This document shows, in pieces, positions 12,601 through 26,303 of a stretch of 64,000 nt of DNA. Position numbers and translations under genes: made by a program. Origin of the DNA: Octopus vulgaris (Eukaryota); assembly GCA_951406725.2 (NCBI GenBank), contig OX597836.1:42098001-42162000 (forward strand), given 5' to 3'. Under the pieces are notes generated by a model. It made no database searches and was not told the DNA's origin. It saw nothing but the letters and a program-made list of their open reading frames with translations. Numbering within the stretch: position 1 is the first letter of the stretch; each line of letters opens with the position of its first letter.

Positions 12601-15600
12601 TTCACTCACACCACCCCCACCCCCGTCAACCGTTACGAAACTTACCCACTCTGCTCCTCCCTCTTTCTCAAAGCCCTTACTGTTCCTCTCCTTCCTCTTT
12701 CCCCTCATTCCTTCTCAAAGCCCTTACAGGCCCTTCTCTTCTTCCACCCCTTCCTTTTCCTCCCACTCCTCCTCTTCCCCCACCCTTCCTATTTCCCAAA
12801 GCCTTTACAGTACCTCCTCTTCTCCCTCCTCCCCTTCCTACTTCACAAAGCCCTTACAGTCCCTTCTCTTCCTCCCACAATTCCTATTTCTCTTCCCCTT
12901 CCTTTTTCTCAAAGCCTTTACAGTTCCTCCCTTTCTCCCTCCTCCCCTTCTCAAAGCCCTTACTGTTCCACTTCCACTTCTTTCTCTTTCCCTCATTCCT
13001 TCTCAAAACCCTTACAAGCCCTTCTCTTCTTCCACCCCTCCTTTTCCTCCTACCCTTCCTCCTCCTCCCACCCTTCCTATTTCTCAAAGCCTTTACAGTA
13101 CCTCCTCTTCTCCCTTCTCCCTCCTCCCCTTCCTACTTCACAAAGCCCTCACAGTCCCTTCTCTTCCTCCCACCCTTCCTCGTTCTCAAAACCTTTACAG
13201 TCCCTCCTCTTTTCCCTCCTCCCCTTCTCAAAGCCCTTACAGTCCCTTCTCTTCCTCCTCCTCCTCCTTCTCCTTATCCACCTCTCCCTGTACTCCATAC
13301 TATTCAAGTTTTAAATCTCCCTCACAACCGTAAGAGCCAGAAAGAAATCTCACCCTAATCCCAGAATTAGGGTACATGTGGGATCCAAAGACCCAATCTT
13401 TCGCAAGACATCAATTGTAATCAGATTCTTATTGATAGGGGACAGGGAATTAGGTTTCAAATCTGAGACTGCCACCCATGAAAGAGCAGAAATATGACTC
13501 CAGTGCTATTCTCATTTTACCATATTGTTGTATTTGCTGTTATGAATGTGGTCGTTAAAAATTAATTAGAGTGAACTGCTGGAAGCAAAATTGATTAGCA
13601 ATAGCAGAACAACAAGCTGGCCTTCGTGTCGATGGCACGTAAAAAAACACCATTTGAACATGATCGTTACCTGCGTCGCCTTACTGGCACTTGTGCTGGT
13701 GGCACGTGAAAAACATTTGAGCGAGGTCATTGCCAGAGCCGCTGGACTGGCTCCTGTGCAGGTGGCACATAAAAAAACACCATTTGAGCGTGGCCGTTGC
13801 CAGTACAGCCTGACTGGCCCGCGTGCCGGTGGCGTGTAAAAGCACCAACTACACTCATGGAGTGGTTGGCGTTAGGAAGGGCATCCAGCTGTAGAAACAC
13901 TGCCAGATCAGACTGGAGCTTGGTGCAGTCTCCTGGCTTCCCAGACCCCGGTCGAACCATCCAACCCATGCTAGCATGGAAAACGGACGTTAAAAAAAGA
14001 AGTCCTTGGCACCTCCTGCAGTATAGTCCATCAATGATTTCCCTTTACTTTTCTCCCTGTCCTGGACTTTCCTCTCTACTTGTCACCAGCTCTGTCTACA
14101 TTTTCTCCTATCATTCTCCAGCCTACATTGGTAGAAGTTCCTATGTTTTCCACTCTTTTCTTTGTCATGGGAGTTCTCTAACTAGAGGACTGACTGGACA
14201 TGGATGTGGTGTTCTGTAGACCAAATGGTTTTGCTCCTAAGGTGGCGAGCTGGCAGAACCGTTAGCACGCTGGGTGAAATGCGTAGCCGTATTTCGTCTG
14301 CCGTTACGTTCTGATTTCAATTTCCGCCGAGGTCAACTTTGCCTTTCATCCTTTCGGGGTCGATAAATTAAGTACCAATTACGCACTGGGGTCGATGTAT
14401 TCGACTTAATCCGTTCGACTGTCCTTGTTTGTCCCCTCTGTGTTTAGCCCCTTGTGGGTAGTAAAAAAAAAAAATGGTTTTGCTCCTCGGAGTCTAGAAA
14501 GTTTTGGCAACAATTCTTCACTTTTTCTTTGCAAGTTCTTCTCATCTTCACAGCTTTGAAATTTACTTCTGTTTTTTTTTTTTTTCTCAATCTTTCTGTT
14601 GTGGATGTTGGTTTTTACAAGGTAAGGCTGAACATCACAACATTCAAACACAATTCTTCTCAATCACGGAATATTACAACCACATACTAACACAATTTCT
14701 CCCAAATATGGAATATTACACCTACGTTCTGATAGAATTCCTCCAAAATATGGACTATACCATTTTACCCAACCATGGATTATTACAGCATTGTACCTCT
14801 TACACATGGAATATTCTGACCACATTCTAACAGTTGCAACCAGCTGTTGTTTATTATGGCCACATTCTAAAACAATTCTTCCCAAATATGGAAATCAATT
14901 TTTCCCAAATATGGAAATTTACAACCATATTCTAATGCAGTTCTTCCCAAATATGGAATATTACCTTCTTTTGCATTTCATTACACACTTGGAATTATGA
15001 TCATATTCAAACACAGTTCCTCTCAGGTGTTGCATGTTACAGGCTCATTCTAACATAATTCTTCCAAAAAATGGAATATTACAACAATTTAAGAAAAAAA
15101 AAATCTTTTCAGACACAGAATTTTACATCCTCATTTTTAGACAATTCTTCACAAATGTTGAATAATAAACATTCTAAAGAACTTCCTTTCAAACATGGAA
15201 TAATTCAACCACATTCTAACATGGATCTTGTCCGACATGGAATATTACATCTTCTTTCTGAAACAATTCCCCCAAACAAACAAAAAATTATTGTAATACA
15301 GTTTTTCCCAAACGTGGAAGGTTACATGCGTATTCTGATTTCTCTTAAAACAAGGAAGTTTTCAACCCCATTCTAAAACCGTACCTCTCAAACATGGATT
15401 ATTGCAACATTCTCACACAATTCTACTCAAACTTGGAATATTACGACCACATTTTAACATAGTTCCTCCCAGAACTATAATAACCAAGCTCATTCTCATA
15501 CTGTTCTTTCCAATCATGGAATATTACAACCATTTTCTTACCAAATTCCTCTCAAACAAAGATACTACACTGACATTTGGATACAGTTCTTCTTAAACTT

Positions 15601-17194
15601 GGAATATTACGACCACATTTTAACATAGTTCCTCCCAGAACTATAATAACCAAGCTCATTCTCATACCATTCTTCCCAATCATGGAATATTACGACCATT
15701 TTCTTACAGAATTCCTCTCAAACAAGGAGTACTACACTGACATTTGGATACAGTTCTTAAACTTGGAATATTACGACCACATTTTAAAATAGTTCTTCCC
15801 AGAACTATAATAACCAAGCTCATTCTCATACCATTCTTCCCAATCATGGAATATTACAACCATTTTCTTACCAAATTCCTCTCAAACAAGGAGTACTATA
15901 CTGACATTTGGATACAGTTCTTCTTAAACATGGAATATTACAACCAAATTCTTGCATGATTCCTCCAAACATGGAATATACAACCGATTTCTAACACAGT
16001 TGTTCTGAATTATGGAATATTACATTCTGACACATTTCTTTGCATACATGGAATATTATCACCACATTCAAACATGGCTCCTATTTGGCATTGTGTATTA
16101 CAGTTTTAGTTCATTCTAACATAATTCCTCCCAAACATGGAATTTATTTCCACATCCTAGCACCATTCCTCTCAAACCTGGATTATTACAGCCACTTTCT
16201 TTCAGAATTTCTCTCAAACCTGGAATATTACCATCACATTGTAAGACATTTCCTTCAACATTGGGAAAATAATGGATTTCTTGTATACAGTGCCCAGTGC
16301 ACTTAGCATGAAACCAATGGTAGCCTTAATTTACAAATATAGAAATTATACATCTACCAATGCGGTATTGAGCACTCATTTCAACATTTGACATTTACAT
16401 GAATATATATATATATATATAATAAATCTCTGAACGAGGTATAAACAGTAATTGCACGACAATGTGAAGTATATTTGCCATCTAAATATGGCTAACCACT
16501 AAGGGTGGGTGTTACTGTAGCTTGTAGCCCCAGGAGAACATCTCCAGCTGGCTATAGGCATACTTTCTGTGCCCTGTCGGTATTTGCAAAGGGAGGTCAT
16601 TCTTCCCTCGTTAACCTAAGTGATACGCACGGACTGCAGTTTCTGGGTATTGACCCGTCATCAGCGTACGACAATCACCGGTTTTCGATGGAAGGGTCCC
16701 AATGCAAATATTTATATCCTTTTTCCTGTGATTTTTCGTGACTGATCTTGAAAAAGTATATACAAGCATTAATAAATCTCTGAACGAGGTATAGACAGTA
16801 ACTGCTCGACAATGTGAAGTATATTTACCACTTAAATGTGGCTGACCACTAAGGGTGGGTGTCACTGTAGCTTGTAGCCCCAGGAGAACATCTCCTCCAG
16901 CTGTTCGAGATCAGTGACGAAAAGTTACTGGAAAAATTATATAAGTATTTGCATTGGGACCTCCCTTCATCGAAAACCGGTGATTGTCGTACGCTGATGA
17001 CAGGTCAATACCTAGAAACTGCAGTCCGTGCGTATCACTTAGGTTGACGAGGGAAGGATGACCTCCCTTTGCAAATATCGATAGGGCACAGAAAGTGTGC
17101 CTATAGCCAGCTGGAGGAGATGTTCTCCTGGGGCTAAAAGCTACAGTAACACCCACCCTTAGTGGTTAGCCATATTGAGATGGCAAATATACCT

Positions 17195-17279
<85 letters not shown>

Positions 17280-17692
17280 CAAAATAAGCAACAAGGATAT
17301 CCAGAGGTAATGCAGTATGATCGTTTCATGCGACTCCATTTAATTGAACAGTGCAGTTGTTTCATTACATCAATTTAAAATGTAGAGCAATCTTCAGCTG
17401 CACAAAGACATAGAATTTAATTAAATTAAAACAGATGGACACATTAGTATAATTTTACCTAAAATCTCCACAAGGATAAGGAGATAGACAAAGAACATGT
17501 TTTACCAACAACATCATAGTTGTAATCACCGTATTTTGAAATTGTATGGATAATGCCATACTAAATTCTGGTGACTCAACTTAAGTACTATATTCATCTG
17601 AATCTAAATTTTTTACTATATATATGTATATTATATTAAATTAGAGACAAAACCACTATTTCCCTGTAAGTTTGGATTTATTCCCTAATATT

Positions 17693-17730
<38 letters not shown>

Positions 17731-20700
17731 TAATTATTTGAGGGAATATTAATCCTAACTTACAGGGAAAAATTCAATTTAGAAATACTAAATCAAATTT
17801 CACACAATATAATCATCATCATCATTGTTTAGCGTCCGCTTTCCATGCTAGCATGGGTTGGACGGTTTCAACTGGGGTCTGTGAAGCCAGAAGGCTGCAT
17901 CAGGCCCAGTCTGATCTGGCAATGTTTCTACGGCCGGATGCCCTTCCTAATGCCAACCACTCTGTGAGTGTAGTGGGTGCTCAGAAAAAAACCACCTTTT
18001 ATCAATACAAAATGAACAATTAAATTACACCATCTAGAAAATTAAATATAATAGAAATATTAAAATTAAAATAACAATAATATACTGATGATTAAGTAAA
18101 TTGTAAAAAAAATAATAAAAACATATATAATTGGTATATTATTGTTATTTTAATTTTAATATTTCTATTATATGTAATTTTCTAGATGGTGTAATTTAAT
18201 TGTTCATTTTGAATTGATAAAAGGTGTTTTTTTCTAATTTATATATATATATATAAATTTAAAATGAGGGTGAGAAATTTGATATTAATTTAATTAATAT
18301 CAATTTCATACCAGTGGTCCAGCATATAAAAAAACTGAAGGTTCAGTAAAATTGTATTATATACATATTAGAGGGAAACCACTATGTGGATGCGAACATC
18401 TTACGTAAGTTGAATTATGTAATATGGTGATAGTGAAACATGTATGTGAATAATCCATATTTTTATAGCTTTTCTTTTGTCTTGCTCAATTACATTTTGG
18501 TTATTTGCTGAATTTATTTCTTGAGAACATTTCTTAGTGGTAAGACCATAGCGGATCTACTTACAGCATAAGGGCATCCACATAGCGGTTTCCTTCTCAT
18601 GTCATCATCATCATCATCGTTTAACGTCCGTTCTCCATGCTAGCATGGGTTGGACGGTTGGACCGGGGATCTGGGAAGCCAGAAGGCTGCACCAGGCTCC
18701 AGTCTTATCTGGCAATGTTTCTACAGCTGGATGCCCTTCCTAACGCCAACCACTCCGTGAGTGTAGTGGGTGCTTTTTACGTGCCACCTGCACAGGTGCC
18801 AGGCGAGGCTGGCAACGGCCATATGTATATATATATTTATTTATATATATATATATGTATAAATATAAATATGAATTAGAGATGAAACCACTATTAGGCA
18901 ACTCAAACAGTGATAGACATAAGCCAAAACATAAAAAACAAAAACTATATATATATGAAATATAAAATTTAAAATTTAAATTAATAAAATTTTAAATTTA
19001 TATTTTAAAATTTTTAAACTTTAAATTTTTTTTTATTTATAACTAACCAAAAAGTATAAAAAAATTAAATTTAATCTAATATGTAATATAAACAATATAA
19101 TTGTTTTTACTTATTATATTATATTTAATTTTTTATACTTTTTTGTTAGTTATAAAAAAATTTTAAAAATTAAATGTTTAAAAATATAAAAATTTATAAA
19201 TATAAATTTCAAAATTTCAAATTTTAATAATTTAAACTTTAAATTTTATATTTTATATATATATACTCTTTTACTCTTTTACTTGTTTCAGTCATTTGAC
19301 TGCGGCCATGCTGGGGCACCACCTTTAATCAAGCAACTCGACCCCGGGACTTATTCTTTGTAAGCCCAGTACTTATTCTATCGGTCTCTTTTGCTGAACC
19401 GCTAAGTGACAGGGACATAAACACACCAGCATCGGTTGTCAAGCAATGCTAGGGGGACAAACACAGACACACAAACATACACGCACACACATATATATAT
19501 ATACGTATATACGACGGGCTTCTTTCAGTTTCCGTCTACCAAATCCACTCACAAGGCTTTGGTCGGCCCGAGGCTATAGTAGAAGACACTTGCCCAAGGT
19601 GCCACGCAGTGGGACTGAACCCGGAACCATGTGGTTGGTAAACAAGCTACTTACCACACAGCCACTCCTGCGCCTATATATTATATTAATTATATTTATT
19701 TTTTGTTATTTATGTTTTGGTTTATGTCTATCACTGTTTGAGTTGCCTAATAGTGGTTTTATCTCTAATTTAATTTATATTTATACTGTGAAATTTGATT
19801 TAATCCTAAATCTAATTTTTCCCTGTAAGTTTGGATATACTCCCTAATATTATTATTATATATATGTATATATATATATATATAATAATGGCAATAATCC
19901 TTGGATGGCATTTAGAAATATTTAATGCATCGCTACACACGTTTCCACAAATGACATGTCTCTTAAGATCACAGTTCGTATTTCTGGGATGATTACAGTG
20001 CAGTCCGTAGTATCTCTGGACATCAGGTTGATCATCTTCATGGATTCAATTCTTCAGGCGATATAACATTAAGGCGGCGTGCTGTCAGAATCGTTAGCAC
20101 GCCAGGCGAAATGCTTAGCGGTATTTCATCTGCCGCAATGTTCTGAGTTCAAATTCCGCCGAGGTCAACTTTGCCTTCCATCCTTTCGGGGTCGATTAAA
20201 TAAGTACCAGTTACACACTGGGGTCGATATAATCGACTTAATCCGTTTGTCCTTGTTTGTCCCCTCTGTGTTTAGCCCCTTGTGGGTAGGAAAGAAATAG
20301 GTATAACATAAATGGATGTACAATAGATACAACCCAAAAACCTGGTTCACTCGTCAGCATTATTAAACCATGGTCAGCATAATAGAATAGGAGCTTTATT
20401 TGCATATTCAAAACGTTTCCCCATAAACCAATTTAAAAGATAGACATGGCTGTTATGTCTGTCTTATTCCGTCTTTGGGTGAATAATAGCTAAAAACTGA
20501 CTCACCATGAAAACTTTGGTACTGCTTTAACACCAATCGCTCTGTTTAATAGGCAATGTGTGAGTGTATATATGTACATATATGTCCATATATGTGGAGG
20601 CGCAATGGCCCGGTGGTTAGGGCAGCAGACTCACTTACCCAGACTGGGCATTGTGGATGTTTATTGAGCGAAAACACCTAAAGCTCTACGAGGCTCTGGC

Positions 20701-23700
20701 AGGGGATGGTGGTGAGCCTTGCTCTACACTTTTACCACAACTTTCTCTCACTCTTTCTTCCTATTTCTGTTGTACCTGTATTTCAAAAGGGCCAGCCTTG
20801 TCACTCTCTGTGTCACGCTGAATCTCTCCAAGAACTACGTTAAAGGTACACGTGTCTGTGGAGTGCTCAGCCACTTACACGTTAATTTCACGAGCCAGCT
20901 GATCTGTTGATCAGATCAACTGGAACCCTCGTCGTCGTAACCGACAGACTGCCAACAACAACTAAAATGGTATAATTATATACCATTTTTGGATAATTAA
21001 CAATTGAAAATGCTACCACTTATTCAATGGCTGTTAGTGTTAGCAATCTAAAACATTACCACTCATTCCCTAGTGTCTTTTACTTTCAACATTTTTAATT
21101 GCTGAGATACCAACAAGCTTGTAATAACGAAGTTGGAAAGTTTAGAAAGTTTTAAAACAAAATAAATTAAATTAACCTAGCACTATGACCCGGCAACACC
21201 GGGTATACAGCTGCATGCGTGCACACATACATGCGAGTACTGTCCAAATCTCTGACCAATCACATACAGCTAGCTGGCATTCAAATGGCGTATCAAGTTT
21301 TGGGCATTTTGATTGGGTTTTGGATAGAAAATTCACAAAAAAGTCACTTCTATTGATTTTTTAATGGCTTTGCGGGGTGACTGGGGAAATGTAAAGATGT
21401 GCACGGCCACCCTTGGACAGTTTTGAATGACCATAGAAAGTACGAGCCCTCTAAATGAAAAATTGTGGATTTGTATAAAGGACACACATACAGACAGACA
21501 TTTTGTCGTTTATATATATAGAGATTTGTGGGGTGACTGGGGAAATGTAAAGATGTGCACGACCACCCTTGGATGGGTTTGAATGACCATAGAAAGTGCG
21601 AGCCCTCAAACTGAAAAATTGCGGATTTGTATACAGGACACACACACAGACAGACATTTTGCCATTTATATATATAGAGAGAGATTTCCCATACGCATAG
21701 ACACAATGCACTGAATTGTCTTTGCACCAAATTGCCAGGTTGCCCCCCCCACACACACACATGCATCATCATCATCGTTGTTCAACCGTGGTCGAGACAA
21801 TGGAATTTACTATGTTACGCTAGACTTCATGGTCCATCATAGCACTACGGAGGTCTTGTTGCTGGATGCTTGTATCCCTGGAGATTACATCAGGGTAGGA
21901 GAGTGTGCGCCTTCTGGTATCGCGAGCAGATGGCTTCCAGAGGAGAAGAGTAGAAATTACCTCTTTTTCAGCTCTACAGCAATGTCCAGCAAACTGGACT
22001 CTTCTACCTTTCACAAGAGATGATACAGGTGGTAGTTTCCCATATATTTGTACTTTGGTTGGATGACGCTTCCACGAGAGATTTTGAGCTCTCATAAGGA
22101 GGCGAGTGTAAGTTCCATCCGACCGCCTCTCATGCATAGAGTCTGTAATGATGTTGTATTGTTCAATTATGTTGCAGCCTGCAATGTTAATCTGTGATTC
22201 TTGTGACAAAGGCTTCCACGTTCAGTGTTTGTACTCACCCCTGGAGAAAAGTCCTTCAGGTAAGTAAGCTAACCTTCATTTAAAAAAAATTCCATTGCTT
22301 TTCAGATACATTTTCAATGTTTGCTTGTCAACATATTAGTTTTCTTGTTGCGGTGAGCCGGGCGAAATGCATAGCCGTATGTGATTGCAACTAGAAAGTT
22401 ACTCTCCGAAGGCAGTGAGTTGGCAGAAATGTTAGCACACTGGGCAAAATGCTTAGCAGTATTTCGGAGTTCAAATTCCACCTAGGTCGACTTTGCCTTT
22501 CATCCTTTCAGGGTTGATTAAATAAGTACCAGTTATGCACTGGGGTCGATATAATCGACTTAATCCGTTTGTCTGTCCTTGTTTGCCCTCTCTGTGTTTA
22601 GCTCCTTGTGGGTAGTAAAGGAATATATTAGTTTTCTTGTTGCAGTACCATTCAGTGAAAGCACACGGCTCAATGGTTAGAGTGTCAGACTCACAATCAC
22701 AAGGTAGTGAGTTCAATTTGCAGACTGGACTGTGTTGTGTTCTTGAGCAAGGCACTTTATTTCACGTTGCCTCAGTTCACTCAGCTGTAGAAATGAGTTG
22801 CGATGTCACTGGCGCCAAGCTGTATCGGCCCCTTTGCCCTTCCCTTGGATAACAATGGTGGCGTGGAGAAGGGAGGCTGGTATGCATGGGCGACTGCTGG
22901 TCTTCCATAAACAACCTTGCTTGGAATTGTGCCTCCGAGGGTAACTTTATTATTTCTTTACTGCCCACAAGGGGCTACACACAGAGGGGACAAACAAGGA
23001 CAAACAAACAGATTAAGTCGATTATATCGACCCCAGTGCGTAACTGGTACTTATTTAATCAACCCCGAAAGGATGAATTTGAACTCGGAACATAGCAGCA
23101 GACGAAATACTGCTAAGCATTTTGCCCGGCGTGCTAACGTTTCTGCCATCTCGCTGCCTTCGGAGGGTAACTTTCTAGTTGCAGTCACATGGCTTTACTA
23201 GCCTTTTGTGCTGAAAATGGGCTATCTATTATGAAAACCTTTTTCCAACACAGAGATATCCATAAGTAGGATCTTTGCGGTATGAACGGCAGTTTTTAAA
23301 AATATTTTCCACATAACTAAACACTTTTAAACTTCGTATACTCGTAGAATGTGTTTATTTTCCTCTTGGCTTTATTGAGAAAATTCTATAGTTTGTAAGA
23401 TTTTTGTTGTTGTTTTTCTTCAATTTCTGCAATTTCAACCAATCAATGACGTCTATTGAGGTAAAAAAAAAACATTCTGTGCCGTATGAATATGTCCCTC
23501 GTTTAAGAAATAGATTGGGTTTATTTACATTTGTGAAGAAAAAAGATACCCTTCCCCCTAACCCTAACCCTAAAAGAGATTGAAATGCAATAGATCGATA
23601 CTAGGGTCATAATTATGGGTGACAATTTCATATGACACCGCTAGAAAAAACTGCTGTTCAAACTGAAAAGATCCCATAAGTATTTGTGGTGTAGGGATAT

Positions 23701-26253
23701 TTTGGGACACTGATAAATTTTGTTATCTACTTGGACTTCTTCGATTCTGTGCTGGATGCTCATGTAAAGAGATGGGCCAAGCTGTCAGCTTGTTTGCAAT
23801 CTAAAACTATCTACAACAGGAGGGAACTCACAAAACTGGTGGATGGAAGCATCTGTCGGTTCCGCCGACGAGGGTTCCGGTTGATCCGAATCAACGGAAC
23901 AGCCTGCTCGTGAAATTAACGTGCAAGTGGCTGAGCACTCCACAGACATGTGTACCCTTAACGTAGTTCTCGGGGATATTCAGCGTGACACAGAGAGTGA
24001 CAAGGCCGGCCCTTTGAAATACAGGTACAACAGAAACAGAAAGTAAGAGTGAGAGAAAGTTGTGGTGAAAGAGTACAGCAGGGATCACCACCATCCTCTG
24101 CCGGAGCCTCGTGGAGCTTTAGGTGTTTTCGCTCAATAAACACTCACAACGCCCGGTCTGGGAATCGAAACCGCGATCCTACGACCGCGAGTCTGCTGCC
24201 CTAACCACTGGGCCATTGCGCCTCCACTGGTAACAAAACTGGTACCTCCTGTGTGACATACAGGATAAAGTAAGGTGTGGTAAAGTTACCTTCTCGAGCC
24301 ATACCCACTCATAAGGGCCAGTTTCCTGGTTTCGTAGCGTATATATTCCCCACCTGGATGGGACACCGGTCTGTCGCAGGATGACTCACTTTTTGTCAGC
24401 TGTGTGAACTGGAACAGCATGAAATGAAGTGTTTCGCTCAAGAACACGCGTGAGCCGGTCCAGGAATCGAAACCACAATCTTACAATCATGAATCCAACA
24501 CCCTAAACACTAAGCCATGTGCCTCCCCACTCAGGATAAAGTGGTAATGATGGGATTTGAAACAAATGTTATTGCACTGAAATTCCGTGAACTTCCTGAA
24601 TAAGCTGTAGTGGGTGCTTTTATGTGCCACCGGCATGAGGGCCAGTCAGGTGGTACTGGCACCGGCCACGCTCAAATGGTGTTTTTTTTACATGCCACCT
24701 GCACAGGAGTCAATCCAGCGGCACTGGTAACGACCTCGCTCAAATGTTTTGTTCATGTACCAGTAGGGTGAAGCTGGTAATGATCACACTCAAATGGTGT
24801 TCTTTACGTGCCACTGGCATGGAAGCCAGACAGCTGCTCTGGCAGTGATCCCACTCGGATGGAGCTGTTAGTGCTCCAATGGCACAGGTGCCAGTCATCG
24901 AATTCAGTTCAATTTCGATTTCACTTGCCCCAACAGGTCTTTGCAAGCAGAGTTTAGTGTCCAATGAAGGAAAGGTATGCATAAGTGGGCTGGCTACACC
25001 CTTGGCAAAAGGCCACGGGTTATGGTCTCACTTGTCTTGCCGGGTCTTCTCACACACAGCATATTTCCAAAAGTCTCGGTCACTAGTCATTGCCTAGTTG
25101 AGGCCTAATGTTCAAAGGTCGTTAGGCCTCAACGAGGCCTAAAAACCTTCTACTCTGTCAAATGTAATGTTTATTTATTCACATTGTTTTCGACTAATCA
25201 TTTATTATCTTGTAGCGTTGAAATTTCAAAGATGTGATGTCCTATTTTCAAAACAACACTGTAGGGTAGATGTGAGGGGCAGGGCCTGGCCAGTTTAAAT
25301 ATAAAACGTGTAGTATATTTAGGTCAGATTTGGCCAAATTAAATGCTAAAGGGTTTATCTAGATATAGAAGTAGTTGATAAGGCGGCGAGCTGGCAGACA
25401 CGTTAGCGCCTCCGGGCAAAATGCTTAGCGGTATTTCGGCTGTCGTTACATTCTGAGTTCAAATTCTACCGAGGTCGACTTTGCCTTTCATCCTTTCAGG
25501 GTCAATAAATAAAGTACCAGTTACACACTGGGATCAATGTAATCGACTTAATCCGTTTGTCTGTCCTTGTTTGTCCCCTCTGTGTTTAGCCCCTTGTGGG
25601 TAGTAAAAAAATAGGTATTTCATCTGTCGTTACGTTCTGAGTTCAAATTCTTCCGAGGTCGACTTTGCCTTTCATCCTTTCGGGGTCGATAAATAAAGTA
25701 CCAGTTTCGCACTGGAGTCGATGTAATCGACTGAATCCCTTTGTCTGTCCTTGTTTGTCCCCTCTGTGTTTAGCCCCTTGTGGGCAATAAAGAAATATAT
25801 AGAAGTAGTTGATTAGCTAGGTGAATTAATTAACAGTGATGGAGGGTGTTGTGTAAATGCAGTGGCTAGAATTAGGATAGAGTGAAAAAGGTTCTGGGAA
25901 CTCTTACATCTGCTGACAAGAAGGAGAGTCTGTCTCCAAATTGTAACTAAATTACACACGTAATCAGTTGCTCAACTAATTAAGCTAATAATCAGTGTTC
26001 TATCTACTTTTTCATATTTATTGCTTAATGTAAACAACTTACTCATTACTCATTTACTTGTTTCAGTCATTTGACTGTGGCCATGCTGGAGCACCGTCTT
26101 TAGTCGAGCAAATTGACCCTAGGACTTATTCTTTGTAAGCCAAGTACTTATTCTATCAGTCTCTTTTGCCGAACCACTAAGTTAACACTAAGTAAACACA
26201 CAGCATCGGTTGTCGAGCAATGTTGGAGGAGATAAACACAACACACAAACATA

Positions 26254-26303
<50 letters not shown>

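Larger units (their letters stand above)
16421..17195. mobile_element. Penelope-like pseudo-LTR cluster (direct plus inverted copies)
   Basis: A ~349-bp unit at 16421, a partial tandem copy at 16770-16902 and an inverted copy at 16907-17195. It carries hammerheads and is flanked by (TA)n and (CA)n. Confidence 0.7.

Noticed and set aside
12546-13358. 303-aa ORF
   Set aside because: Only the first 33 codons are exon; the rest is read-through into a pyrimidine minisatellite.
24150-24227. tRNA gene
   Set aside because: It is the tRNA-like head of a SINE with a body and TSD, not a standalone cloverleaf.
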